A stretch of 64,000 nucleotides of DNA from contig CBDCOX010000002.1 of the NCBI GenBank assembly GCA_965219995.1, positions 1,024,001 to 1,088,000 of the forward strand, in the 5' to 3' direction. Positions within the stretch are counted from its first letter, which is position 1; every line of letters starts with the position of its first letter. The position numbers and the translations under genes are program-made. The notes below the pieces were generated by a model, which did not search any database, had not been told where the DNA came from, and saw only the letters and a list, made by a program, of their open reading frames with translations. Positions 19,863 through 28,406 of this stretch are shown one piece after another. The DNA comes from Candidatus Latescibacterota bacterium. GTDB lineage: Bacteria; Latescibacterota; UBA2968; GCA-2709665.

Positions 19863-20668
19863 GCCGTCACCTCGTCTTCCTGCCGAGGCATTCGCTCCAG
19901 GTCGCCCAATTCGCCCGAACACACCGCTTCCACAATCCGCGCGTCGCCTTCGAGAAGGCGCAGCGCCACCCACCGGGCATTCGGCACGTTGGGAAATTCT
20001 TCCTGCAGTTGTGCCACGAGCTTGCCAACGGCCTTCTTCAGTGCCGGGGGCTCGTTACGGATGCGTTGCGGCCTGCAGACCGTTCGACCTGTCGCCACGT
20101 CGCTCAAGACCCGTGTCAATTCGGAAATGCCTGTGCCGCGGCGGGCTGCCGCGGGTACCACGGGAACCCCCAGGTCTCGGGCCAGGCGTCGTTCGTCCAC
20201 GGAAAGCCCCTGACGATTGGCCTCGTCCATCAGATTCAGGCAGACCACCGCCCGGTCGGTAATTTCCAGCACCTGAAGGACGAGATTCAGATTCCGCTCC
20301 AGACGCGCGGCGTCCACCACGACCACCGTGACGTCGGGCCGTCCGAACAGGATAAAATCCCGCGCCACTTCCTCGTCGAGACTGGTGGACAACAGCGAAT
20401 AGGTACCGGGAAGGTCCACGAGTTTGTACCGGTGGCCGCCGTAAGCGAAACCGCCTTCCGCACGGGCCACCGTCTTGCCAGGCCAGTTTCCGGTATGCTG
20501 CCGCAGTCCGGTCAGGGCATTGAATACCGTGCTCTTCCCGGTATTCGGATTTCCCGCCAGCGCAACCACGAAATCCCAGTTCGCCATATTCACACCGAGT
20601 TTGATCAGATTGCCGGAATGATGTGCAGGACAGACGTCGCAGCCTCCGGCAGGCATCTGTGTTTCCAT
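19859..20668 (-). CDS. feoB: FeoB GTPase half of a split ferrous-iron transporter
   Basis: [27 protein letters not shown]; N-terminal CDVCPAHH; RBS GAGG before ATG 20668. Confidence 0.9.
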   Translation of the reverse strand: METQMPAGGCDVCPAHHSGNLIKLGVNMANWDFVVALAGNPNTGKSTVFNALTGLRQHTGNWPGKTVARAEGGFAYGGHRYKLVDLPGTYSLLSTSLDEEVARDFILFGRPDVTVVVVDAARLERNLNLVLQVLEITDRAVVCLNLMDEANRQGLSVDERRLARDLGVPVVPAAARRGTGISELTRVLSDVATGRTVCRPQRIRNEPPALKKAVGKLVAQLQEEFPNVPNARWVALRLLEGDARIVEAVCSGELGDLERMPRQEDEVTA

Positions 20669-20721
20669 GGAAAACACCTCCGCAGGATTCCGTTCATTCG
20701 AAAGTGGAAGTTGGTGGCCCG

Positions 20722-21747
20722 TCATTCCCCGAGCTGAACCTGAATCTGAATCTGATTTGCCTGTTCCTTTCGAAGCGCAATGGTGGAACCCCGAATCCGA
20801 TATGCGGTCGGATCCCCCGACGGGCTGCGCATCTCCACCTCGATCCGGGTTCCCGGAAGGATGCCCAGATCCATCAGCCGGCGGCGTTCCAGACCGCGGC
20901 ATGACCTGGAGAGTTGCACGACACGGCCGACTTCGCCCCGTTTGAGGCCGGACAACAGATCGTCGGACGCCTCGCCTTCCGCCCCTTCGGAGACCGCGGC
21001 GACTGAAATATGGTCAGCCAGCAGAGGGGCGAGTACGTGCTCTTCTCCATCGGCCCAGAACCGTACGCGTTGAGGAAGAACCTCGATCAGCTCGATCCGC
21101 ATCCCTACGTGCAGACCCTCCGCCGCCAACTGGGCATAGACGGGTTCCGGCTCGTCTTCAATGTGCACAATCATCGCGGCAACGCCGACGGGGTGTTCGG
21201 TCAGGTGCGTGCCGCGTTTGGGCGCGATGTCTCCGGCCTCGGTAGGGATCGGGTCCCCGTGCGGGTCGTAGGTAGGATACCCCATCTGCCGGTCCAGACG
21301 CTCCACTTCATCGGAAGACATATCGTGTTCTCTGCGTTCCGCCTCGCTGTGCCACTCCGCTTCCGCCACCCCTGTCCGTTCCGCCAGATAGTGCTCCCAA
21401 AGCCGGTGAAACCGCAAGATGCGAAGCGCATAATCCCGTCCCTGCGTCGTAAGCCGGACACCGCCGCCGTCGGTAGCGGCCAGACCCAGCGCAGCCGCGC
21501 GTACCAGCAGGTCGGATGCGCGGCTTCGCGGAATTCCCAACGCCCCCGACAGGCTCTCCACCGTCGCGACCTGCTGCTGGTATTCGCAATTGTAGATATG
21601 TTTCAGGAGATCTTCCGTGAGTACTCGTTCGGTCAGCCGGCGGGCCTGGCGCCATCGCAGGAAAACCCCCGAATCCGGCCGGAACAAAAGCCATACAATT
21701 GCCAGAAATGCGCCGGCTACCAGAAGCGCCTGGAAGGGGTCGATCAT
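20722..21747 (-). CDS. DtxR-family regulator with N-terminal transmembrane helix and two FeoA domains
   Basis: MIDPFQALLVAGAFLAIVWLLF; EDLLKHIY; LRFHRLWEHYL, EAERREH, DPHGDPIP; FeoA1 LAAEGLHVG; FeoA2 RRRLMDLGILPG...SPSGDPTAYRIRGSTIALRKEQA. Confidence 0.88.
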   Translation of the reverse strand: MIDPFQALLVAGAFLAIVWLLFRPDSGVFLRWRQARRLTERVLTEDLLKHIYNCEYQQQVATVESLSGALGIPRSRASDLLVRAAALGLAATDGGGVRLTTQGRDYALRILRFHRLWEHYLAERTGVAEAEWHSEAERREHDMSSDEVERLDRQMGYPTYDPHGDPIPTEAGDIAPKRGTHLTEHPVGVAAMIVHIEDEPEPVYAQLAAEGLHVGMRIELIEVLPQRVRFWADGEEHVLAPLLADHISVAAVSEGAEGEASDDLLSGLKRGEVGRVVQLSRSCRGLERRRLMDLGILPGTRIEVEMRSPSGDPTAYRIRGSTIALRKEQANQIQIQVQLGE

Positions 21748-21790
21748 TGCGTTTTCTCGTTATCGGGATTGGTTTTATATAGATAAAAAA

Positions 21791-21836
21791 ATATTTAGTC
21801 TTGTCTAAATATAAGACGATAATCCAAAATTGTCAA
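21791..21836 (-). promoter_or_regulatory. sigma70 promoter overlapped by palindromic DtxR/MntR-type operator
   Basis: Minus strand TTGACA (21836-21831), 17 bp, TATATT (21813-21808); palindrome ATATTTAG-TCTTGT-CTAAATAT (21791-21812). Confidence 0.78.
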
Positions 21837-22019
21837 ATAAACAATGAAACTGCGCCACTCCGGCAGAGCGGCACGACATTGTATGCCGATCAGCGCTTTG
21901 GTCTTGCAAACGACGCCTGCATACGTGATCGCTCCACCTTGCCGACAAAAAGACGTCGCCGGGCAGGCTGGTACCCGGCGAACTCCACCAAACCGCGTGC
22001 GATGATCTGACGACGCCCT

Positions 22020-22502
22020 CTATCCCTCCCTATCGACGGAATCCCTTTCGTACTCGCGTTCGCCGAAGAACCTCAACACTTCCATGAACCGATCGGGCGG
22101 GTGATATCCGGGCATCTTGTAGAGCAGCGTCCCGTCCGGTTCCAGGAACAACACCGTGGGAAACCCGCTTACGTTGTAGACCTGCGCCAGTTCGGCGAAA
22201 CTCAGGTCGCGACCCACAATCGTCAGTCGCGACCCGTTGTCTTCCGCATTCAGCTTGATGGGGATGAATTTCAATGCCATGTACCTGCGAATGTCTTCCC
22301 TGGAAAACACCTGACGATCCTGTCTTTCACACCACCCGCACCAGGTTGCATAGACGCCAATCATCATCAGCTTCTCTCCACCCGCCGCCTTCCGGAAGCC
22401 GTCTCTGGCATTGTACCACCTGAATGAACCTTCCTCCTTCGCAACGGCGAGTCCGGCAAACAGGAACCCCAACCACACACCGGTCTGAAAGATGCGTCTC
22501 AT
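22020..22502 (-). CDS. Exported thioredoxin-fold protein (SoxW-like)
   Basis: Signal peptide, YATWCGWC, FIPIKLNAE, VSGFPTVLFL, MPGY. Confidence 0.85.
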   Translation of the reverse strand: MRRIFQTGVWLGFLFAGLAVAKEEGSFRWYNARDGFRKAAGGEKLMMIGVYATWCGWCERQDRQVFSREDIRRYMALKFIPIKLNAEDNGSRLTIVGRDLSFAELAQVYNVSGFPTVLFLEPDGTLLYKMPGYHPPDRFMEVLRFFGEREYERDSVDREG

Positions 22503-22869
22503 ACTGTGAACTCCCGCGTGCGATCCACGCCTTGCAGGTTCGCGTTGCACGTGGCGAAATGGGTGTTCGAGAACCTCATTGCCGTCAAGTTACGGAACTC
22601 GGTTGCGCCGGGCAACCGGGAAAATCGCGATAGCGCCCGCGGACGGGACCCAAAAAGACGTTGCGGTCGCCGGACAATAGGCTGATATTTCCGCAAACAC
22701 GCGGGTTCGCGATTCCCCGGACCGGCGAAGTGAAGTCTCTCGCTTCGGGGGGCACGGCGGCGCAATTCCTCCAGGTCCCCGGCGAAGGAAAAGCCCAGGA
22801 AAGTTCCTGACGCCCGGTCCGAAATCCCGATACAGTCTTACGCGCGATATTGAATCGAGGGTACCTCTT

Positions 22870-23976
22870 ATGAAGCGGATCAGGTCCGGCATCTTCATCA
22901 TGCCGTTCCACCCACCGGGCAAGACGCTCGGACAGTGCCATGACGAAGACATGGAACTTGTGATTCGCGCCGACGAACTGGGCATCGATGAATTCTGGAT
23001 TGGCGAGCATCATACCATGGTCTACGAAAACATCGCCATGCCTGAAATATTCATCGGCGCGGCACTGCGCGAAACCGGGAAGATCCGGCTGGGACCGGCG
23101 CCCGTGTGTCTGCAGCAACACCACCCGGCGCTTGTCGCAAGCCGGTTGTCGTTTCTCGATCATCTTTCCAAAGGGCGGCTTAACCTCTGCTTCGGACCCG
23201 GAAGCGTACCGACCGACCTGGAGATCCTCGGTATCGACCCGCAGGACAGCGCTGCGATGGTCGCCGAATCAATCGAGATGATTCTCGGGCTCTGGCTGAC
23301 GGATCCGCCCTATGATATCGATGGGCGGTTCTGGCGGATCAGGATGGATCGCACCATCGACCCGGAGGTCGGCCTCGGGGTCATCCACAAACCCTTTCAG
23401 CGACCTCATCCCCCGATCTCAATGCCAATCTCCTCGATGAACTCCGAAACGGCCCGGGAGGCGGGCAGGCGCGGCTTCCAGCCCTTCGGCCACAGCCTGA
23501 TTCCATCGAACGTCCTGGCGAACATCTGGACCACCTACGAGCAGGCAGCCCTGGCGGCCAGGCTACGACCGGACCGTTCGGACTACAAGATCGCAAGGGC
23601 AATTTACCTGGCCGACACGACGGAGGAGGCAGTCAGGCGTGCAAGGTCCAACACCGTGGCGGCTAATTTCGAATATATCGGTACGCTGCTCAAACGCGGC
23701 GGCAGGGGAATCGGCATGTTCAAGCGCGACCCCGATATGCCCGACGCGGACTGCAATCTGGACTACCTCATGAACGAACAGATCATCGCCGGCGACGTGG
23801 ATACGGTTCTCGAACGGCTGGAGGCCCTGCGAGTGGAGGTTGGTGACTTTGGCACCCTTGTCATGATGTCATACGATTGGGACGACAAGGAAAGCTGGCT
23901 GCACAGCCTCGACCTCTTCGCGAAAGAACTGATGCCGGCCCTGAACCGGTTGCCGCCCGCCGAACAGGTGGCGTGA
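22870..23976 (+). CDS. LLM-class flavin-dependent monooxygenase
   Basis: GIFIMPFHPP, ADELGIDEFWIGEHH, HHPALVASR, LDHLSKGRL. Confidence 0.9.
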   Translation: MKRIRSGIFIMPFHPPGKTLGQCHDEDMELVIRADELGIDEFWIGEHHTMVYENIAMPEIFIGAALRETGKIRLGPAPVCLQQHHPALVASRLSFLDHLSKGRLNLCFGPGSVPTDLEILGIDPQDSAAMVAESIEMILGLWLTDPPYDIDGRFWRIRMDRTIDPEVGLGVIHKPFQRPHPPISMPISSMNSETAREAGRRGFQPFGHSLIPSNVLANIWTTYEQAALAARLRPDRSDYKIARAIYLADTTEEAVRRARSNTVAANFEYIGTLLKRGGRGIGMFKRDPDMPDADCNLDYLMNEQIIAGDVDTVLERLEALRVEVGDFGTLVMMSYDWDDKESWLHSLDLFAKELMPALNRLPPAEQVA

Positions 23977-24036
23977 GCTCCAACCGCGAACGGCATTCGA
24001 ACGGTGACCTGTTTCGCGGACCGGACGCGGAACGCA

Positions 24037-24070
24037 GAAGAGGCGACGCCGTGAACGGCGTCGCCTCTTC
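24037..24070. terminator. Hairpin between convergent genes (terminator or REP-like)
   Basis: GAAGAGGCGACGCCGT-GA-ACGGCGTCGCCTCTTC, 16-bp perfect inverted repeat. Confidence 0.65.
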
Positions 24071-24101
24071 CGGTCAGAAACCAGACGTTCATCCGGCCTG
24101 C

Positions 24102-24668
24102 CTACTCCATCTTTTCCGCCGCCTTGATGGGAAACTCCTTTTCGAACCTCTTCCTGTGATTCTGTTCCCACCCGTCGATTGACTCCCGAAGCGCCGCGAC
24201 CATCTGGGGCTCGACCTGCAGCAGATCCTTCATCTTAATGGGAAACCTCTTGCCGTCAGGATAAAAACTCCCGTCTACCACCAGTTCCTGGAGAAAGGGA
24301 TACGCGGACACCAACTCACCGGGCGAAGGATGCAGCGGAGTGACGCGCGTATGGACCTTCAATCCCATATAGGCGAGGTGACTGAATCCCATCCGGAACC
24401 GGACGTGAGCGCCCACCTTGTTCACGCGCACTTTGTGGCCCGCGTACAGCTCGTCCAATCGCGCCGCCAGCAGTTTCCACCCCTGCTTGAATTCGTTCAG
24501 TGGCATCGCAGTGTCGCCGGCAAACGCCGCTTCCCGGTCCTTGGCGAGTCTCTTTGCCATCGAAAGGGACTTGTCATCCAGCTTTTTGGATTTGGCATCC
24601 GCCGAGGGTGCAAAGCAACCCGACAGACAGATGAAGAAACCCACCGAAGTCGTGAGAACGAAACGCAC
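24102..24668 (-). CDS. Hypothetical exported protein / lipoprotein
   Basis: GGGAGG RBS then GTG; hydrophobic N-terminus with LSGC; the N-terminal part of the 301-aa track ORF looks spurious. Confidence 0.55.
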   Translation of the reverse strand: MRFVLTTSVGFFICLSGCFAPSADAKSKKLDDKSLSMAKRLAKDREAAFAGDTAMPLNEFKQGWKLLAARLDELYAGHKVRVNKVGAHVRFRMGFSHLAYMGLKVHTRVTPLHPSPGELVSAYPFLQELVVDGSFYPDGKRFPIKMKDLLQVEPQMVAALRESIDGWEQNHRKRFEKEFPIKAAEKME

Positions 24669-24892
24669 TATGGCCTCCCCCGATTTAATCCACGATCGCG
24701 CGACACCCTTTGCCTGAAAAAGGCAACACAGGACACCCGAAATGACGCAAGGTGCAACAGTTCGGGTTCTGAACAGACAGGAGGTTAAGGAATTCCAAAC
24801 TGTCGCGCAAGCATTTTCTCCGGCGCAGAAGAACACCCGCGCCCTGTGACTCGGGGTGCGCGGGTGCAGAAGATTCCGGAACCGGGCTCTGT

Positions 24893-25066
24893 TCAGGCCG
24901 AAGGCGGCTGCTCGATGTCCAGCAGGGATTTTTTCGAAGCGCCACGCTGCCCGCCGCAGGAGGAACAGCCGCCTGATCCTGCCAGGAACGGACTCACGAA
25001 TTTCCACACCGCCCAGAAAGCACAGGCGATCGCAACACCCGCCGCCACCAGCGACTGCCAGTCCAT
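24893..25066 (-). CDS. FeoB-associated Cys-rich membrane protein
   Basis: MDWQSLVAAGVAIACAFWAVWKF TM helix then GGCSSCG; starts 4 nt after the feoB stop. Confidence 0.8.
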   Translation of the reverse strand: MDWQSLVAAGVAIACAFWAVWKFVSPFLAGSGGCSSCGGQRGASKKSLLDIEQPPSA

Positions 25067-25070
25067 GGAT

Positions 25071-27314
25071 CTACCCCCATCCCAGCGCCATTGCGCCCTG
25101 ATAGGCCGCAAGCGCGCCGAAATAGGCCAATATCGTCATATAGGCGAACGCCAGCGTCGTCCATCCCCAGGACCGTGTCTCCCGGCGGATGACTGCCAGC
25201 GTCGATGCGCACTGCGCACAAAGCGCGAAAAACACCATCACTGACAGCGCTACAGGGATATTGAACACACGGCGTCCATCCTCCCAGGTCGCATTGCGAA
25301 GCGCGCCGCGCAGGTCTTCGGAGGATTCGTCCACATCGCCGCTCAAACTGTAGATGGTACCAAGCGTGGCGATGATGACCTCCCGCGCAGGGAAAGATGC
25401 GAGTGTGGCCATCCCGATGCGCCAGTCCCAACCCAGGGGCCGGACCGCAGGTTCTATCCAGTGGCCGGCCCGGCCCAGATAACTCTCATTCAGGAGGTCG
25501 GCGGCCATGCGTGCGTCCAGGTCCGAAAGCGTTTGCTGCAGCTGCTCGCCCGAAAGCGTTGCCGTCGCCGTCTGCCGGCGGCGTTCGTACTCTGCAACCG
25601 TGTCCGCCGACCTGGGGAAATACGCCAGCGCCCACATCACGACGGTCGCGGCCAGGATGATACTGCCCGCCCGCACAAGGAACGCTCTCGAGCTGTGATA
25701 GACCCTGAGGCCTACCGTTCGTTTGTCCGGGACTTTGTAAGAAGGGAACTCCAGAATAAAAGGCGGCGTTTCGCCTCTCAATAGCGTTTTCTTCAGAATC
25801 CAGGCGACGGGTGCTGCCGCCGCCACACCCACGCAATACATGGCAAAAAGGGTCAACCCCTGCAGACCGACCCAGTCCCCCAGGACCGCCTTCGCCGGGA
25901 TAAATGCACCGATAAGGATGGTGTAAACCGGCAGTCGGGCCGAACAACTCATCAGCGGCGCCACCAGGATGGTTACCAGCCGGGTCCGACGATCTTCGAT
26001 GGATCGAGTCGCCATAATGCCCGGTACGGCGCACGCAAAGCTGGACAACATCGGGATGAAGGACTGACCCGAAAGCCCGCACTTTGTAAGGATCCTGTCC
26101 ATTAGCAGGGCCGCACGTGCCATATAGCCGCAATCTTCCAGAATGGCAATAAAGAAAAAAAGGATGGCGATCTGCGGCAGAAAAATGACGACACCGCCCA
26201 CGCCCGCAATGACACCGTCCTGTATAAGGCTCTTCAGTGCCCCTTCCGGAAACCACGCGCCGACCCATCCGGACAACCAGGCAAACAGACCGTCGACCGA
26301 GTCCATCAGAGGCCCGGACCACGCGTAGATGGCCTGAAATACGACGCCCATTATGGCGACGAACAGGAGCGTTCCCATTAGCCTGTGAGTCAGCACGCGG
26401 TCGATGCGGTCCGAAGGCGTCCTTTGAAGGTACCGGGGCTTCGATTCGCTTTGGGCAAGCACATGCTTGATCCAATTATAGCGAACCTCCGATTCCAGAA
26501 CGGATAACGCTGAATCCGTCGAAAACCGGCCCCGGGCTGTAGCGAGCTCTCCCCGGACGACATCCCCGTACGCTTCGATCAGCCGGCGCTCCGCGTAACC
26601 GCCTTCGTCGACGATCGCCCGCAAAGCCTCCGCGCGGCAGGAGGACACACTCTGTCCATTGGTTGATCGCAGGACATCCGCAAGACGGTCGACGGCCACG
26701 GGGAATCCCTCCGGGAATCCCTCCGGGAATCCCGCCAGAAGCGGAGATCCCCCGGGACGTCCATTGAACAGCACCCGTCCCAGTTCGCGGCGCAGGTCGC
26801 CCAGCCCCCGGTTACGGTTTGCACAAACCGCGACCACCGGTACTCCCAGGCACCGGGAAAGTCCGTCGACGTCGATTCGTATGCCCCGGGCATCCGCCAC
26901 ATCCATCATATTCAGTACGACGAGTGTGGGCAGGCCGAGTTCGAGCACCTGCGAGACCAGGTAGAGATTCCGATAGAGATTGGATGCGTCTACAATGGCC
27001 AGAACCGCGTCCACCTTAGGCTCGCCGGGCAGACGTCCGAGCAGCACGTCGGCGACGATCATCTCATCCGGCGCGTGAGCGGCCAGACTGTACGTCCCCG
27101 GCAGGTCGACGAGATCCACGGTTCTGTCATCGGACAGCCTGAGCCGCCCGGACTTACGCTCGACCGTTACGCCGGGATAGTTACCCACATGTTGAAAAAG
27201 ACCGGTAAGACCGTTGAAAAGTGTGGTCTTACCGGTATTGGGATTGCCCACGAGAGCGATCGTATGGCGTTGATCTGTCCCGGTGTGCGGTCCGCCGGAC
27301 AACACCCTGGCCAT
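25071..27314 (-). CDS. feoB: Ferrous iron transport protein B (full length)
   Basis: GNPNTGKT, GNYPGVTVE, DLPGTYS, NMMD, LEDCGYMAR, SFACAVPG, MSCSARLP, CAQCASTL. Confidence 0.96.
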   Translation of the reverse strand: MARVLSGGPHTGTDQRHTIALVGNPNTGKTTLFNGLTGLFQHVGNYPGVTVERKSGRLRLSDDRTVDLVDLPGTYSLAAHAPDEMIVADVLLGRLPGEPKVDAVLAIVDASNLYRNLYLVSQVLELGLPTLVVLNMMDVADARGIRIDVDGLSRCLGVPVVAVCANRNRGLGDLRRELGRVLFNGRPGGSPLLAGFPEGFPEGFPVAVDRLADVLRSTNGQSVSSCRAEALRAIVDEGGYAERRLIEAYGDVVRGELATARGRFSTDSALSVLESEVRYNWIKHVLAQSESKPRYLQRTPSDRIDRVLTHRLMGTLLFVAIMGVVFQAIYAWSGPLMDSVDGLFAWLSGWVGAWFPEGALKSLIQDGVIAGVGGVVIFLPQIAILFFFIAILEDCGYMARAALLMDRILTKCGLSGQSFIPMLSSFACAVPGIMATRSIEDRRTRLVTILVAPLMSCSARLPVYTILIGAFIPAKAVLGDWVGLQGLTLFAMYCVGVAAAAPVAWILKKTLLRGETPPFILEFPSYKVPDKRTVGLRVYHSSRAFLVRAGSIILAATVVMWALAYFPRSADTVAEYERRRQTATATLSGEQLQQTLSDLDARMAADLLNESYLGRAGHWIEPAVRPLGWDWRIGMATLASFPAREVIIATLGTIYSLSGDVDESSEDLRGALRNATWEDGRRVFNIPVALSVMVFFALCAQCASTLAVIRRETRSWGWTTLAFAYMTILAYFGALAAYQGAMALGWG
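26701..26733. repeat. 12-bp in-frame tandem repeat within feoB
   Basis: GGGAATCCCTCC x2.75, encoding GFPEGFPEGFP. Confidence 0.75.
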
Positions 27315-27324
27315 GCGTTAAACC

Positions 27325-27627
27325 TCAAGAGATCGGACTGAGCCTCACGGCCGTCGCATCGTGCATCCGCAAACAGAACCGGGCGTCTTCCACCTGCACG
27401 ACCAGCCTGCCGCCGGCTCGAAGCATGCGTACGCGTACTCCCGGGCGAACACCCAGTTCACGCAACCGGGAAGCAAGGGGTGTATTCCCTACAACCGACT
27501 CGACCGTGCCTTCGTCGCCCACGTTCAGTCCGGCAAGCGAGCCGCGGAACAACCGCCGGTACCGGTTCTTTCGATCGGGCCGGAGCCGGCCGCCGCGAGC
27601 AGCCAGTTGCATCAGTCGCGCCACCAT
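27325..27627 (-). CDS. feoA: FeoA family protein
   Basis: LAGLNVGDEGTV...RLRELGVRPGVRVRMLR; immediately upstream of feoB; start uncertain. Confidence 0.85.
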   Translation of the reverse strand: MVARLMQLAARGGRLRPDRKNRYRRLFRGSLAGLNVGDEGTVESVVGNTPLASRLRELGVRPGVRVRMLRAGGRLVVQVEDARFCLRMHDATAVRLSPIS

Positions 27628-27658
27628 TGCGCCATCCTTTTTCTGTCGTGTCGTCGGA

Positions 27659-28189
27659 TTAACTCTCAGAACCGATTCTGAGCAGACACTCATCCTCGCA
27701 GATCGGACAATCGGCCTCGTCGTGGCAGAATTCTCCGGTCTGCCAGAACGCGTTCAGAAACTCCCGCGCTTCAGGCGTTTCCGCAAGCAGGAATCTCACA
27801 AAATTCAACAATTTCTCGCTGGTTTCCTCGCTCAACAGGTGCTCAACCTTGCACGCGTCCACTTCCGACTGATGGCTTTCGACCTGCAGCACGTCCTTCA
27901 GAAACTTGCGGACGATGGCGCGCTTGGCGAGTACCAGGTCGACCAGCCGCTCTCCCCTTTCGGAAAGCCGCAGGAATTTGTTCTCGTCTTCCTGCACGAA
28001 CCCCTTCTGTCGGAGCGCTTTCAACGTAAGTGACGCGCTGCCCCTCGTGATATCCAGATATCTTGCGACGTCGGACACACGCGCGTATCCATACCGGTCT
28101 TTCAGCTCTCTGATGGCGGCAAGGTGATGAGCGACACTGTGCGTGATCTCATTCTCCTCGAACGCTTTCCATACATCGGAAGATGCCAT
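27659..28189 (-). CDS. DtxR/MntR family regulator with Cys-rich C-terminal tail
   Basis: GYARVSDVARYLDITRGSASLTLKAL HTH; DACKVEH; tail CHDEADCPICEDEC. Confidence 0.88.
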   Translation of the reverse strand: MASSDVWKAFEENEITHSVAHHLAAIRELKDRYGYARVSDVARYLDITRGSASLTLKALRQKGFVQEDENKFLRLSERGERLVDLVLAKRAIVRKFLKDVLQVESHQSEVDACKVEHLLSEETSEKLLNFVRFLLAETPEAREFLNAFWQTGEFCHDEADCPICEDECLLRIGSES

Positions 28190-28230
28190 CCGGCCCCCCT
28201 TTCCGCCGCCAGGCGCCTGAACCAGCCAGT

Positions 28231-28287
28231 TGTTTTGCGCATAAAACACTCGTTATAAATTTATACAACATACAGGTCGAAAGTCAA
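28231..28287 (-). promoter_or_regulatory. Promoter and palindromic operator of the regulator-feoA-feoB operon
   Basis: Minus strand TTGACT (28287-28282) and AT-rich -10 region TATAAATT; palindrome TGTTTT-GCGCAT-AAAACA (28231-28248). Confidence 0.55.
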
Positions 28288-28406
28288 GAGAATTCTATTG
28301 GGAATCCAGGGTCGGTGGCGACGCGCTTGACTTTTCCATCCCGTTTTCGTATACCTCACGGACCGGGCGATCCACGCCCCCAGGATTCGCCTCATGGAGC
28401 CTGTCT

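Noticed and set aside
18426-20668. feoB as a frameshifted pseudogene
   Set aside because: Second half has its own RBS and coupled GTG start, and both halves keep their conserved motifs
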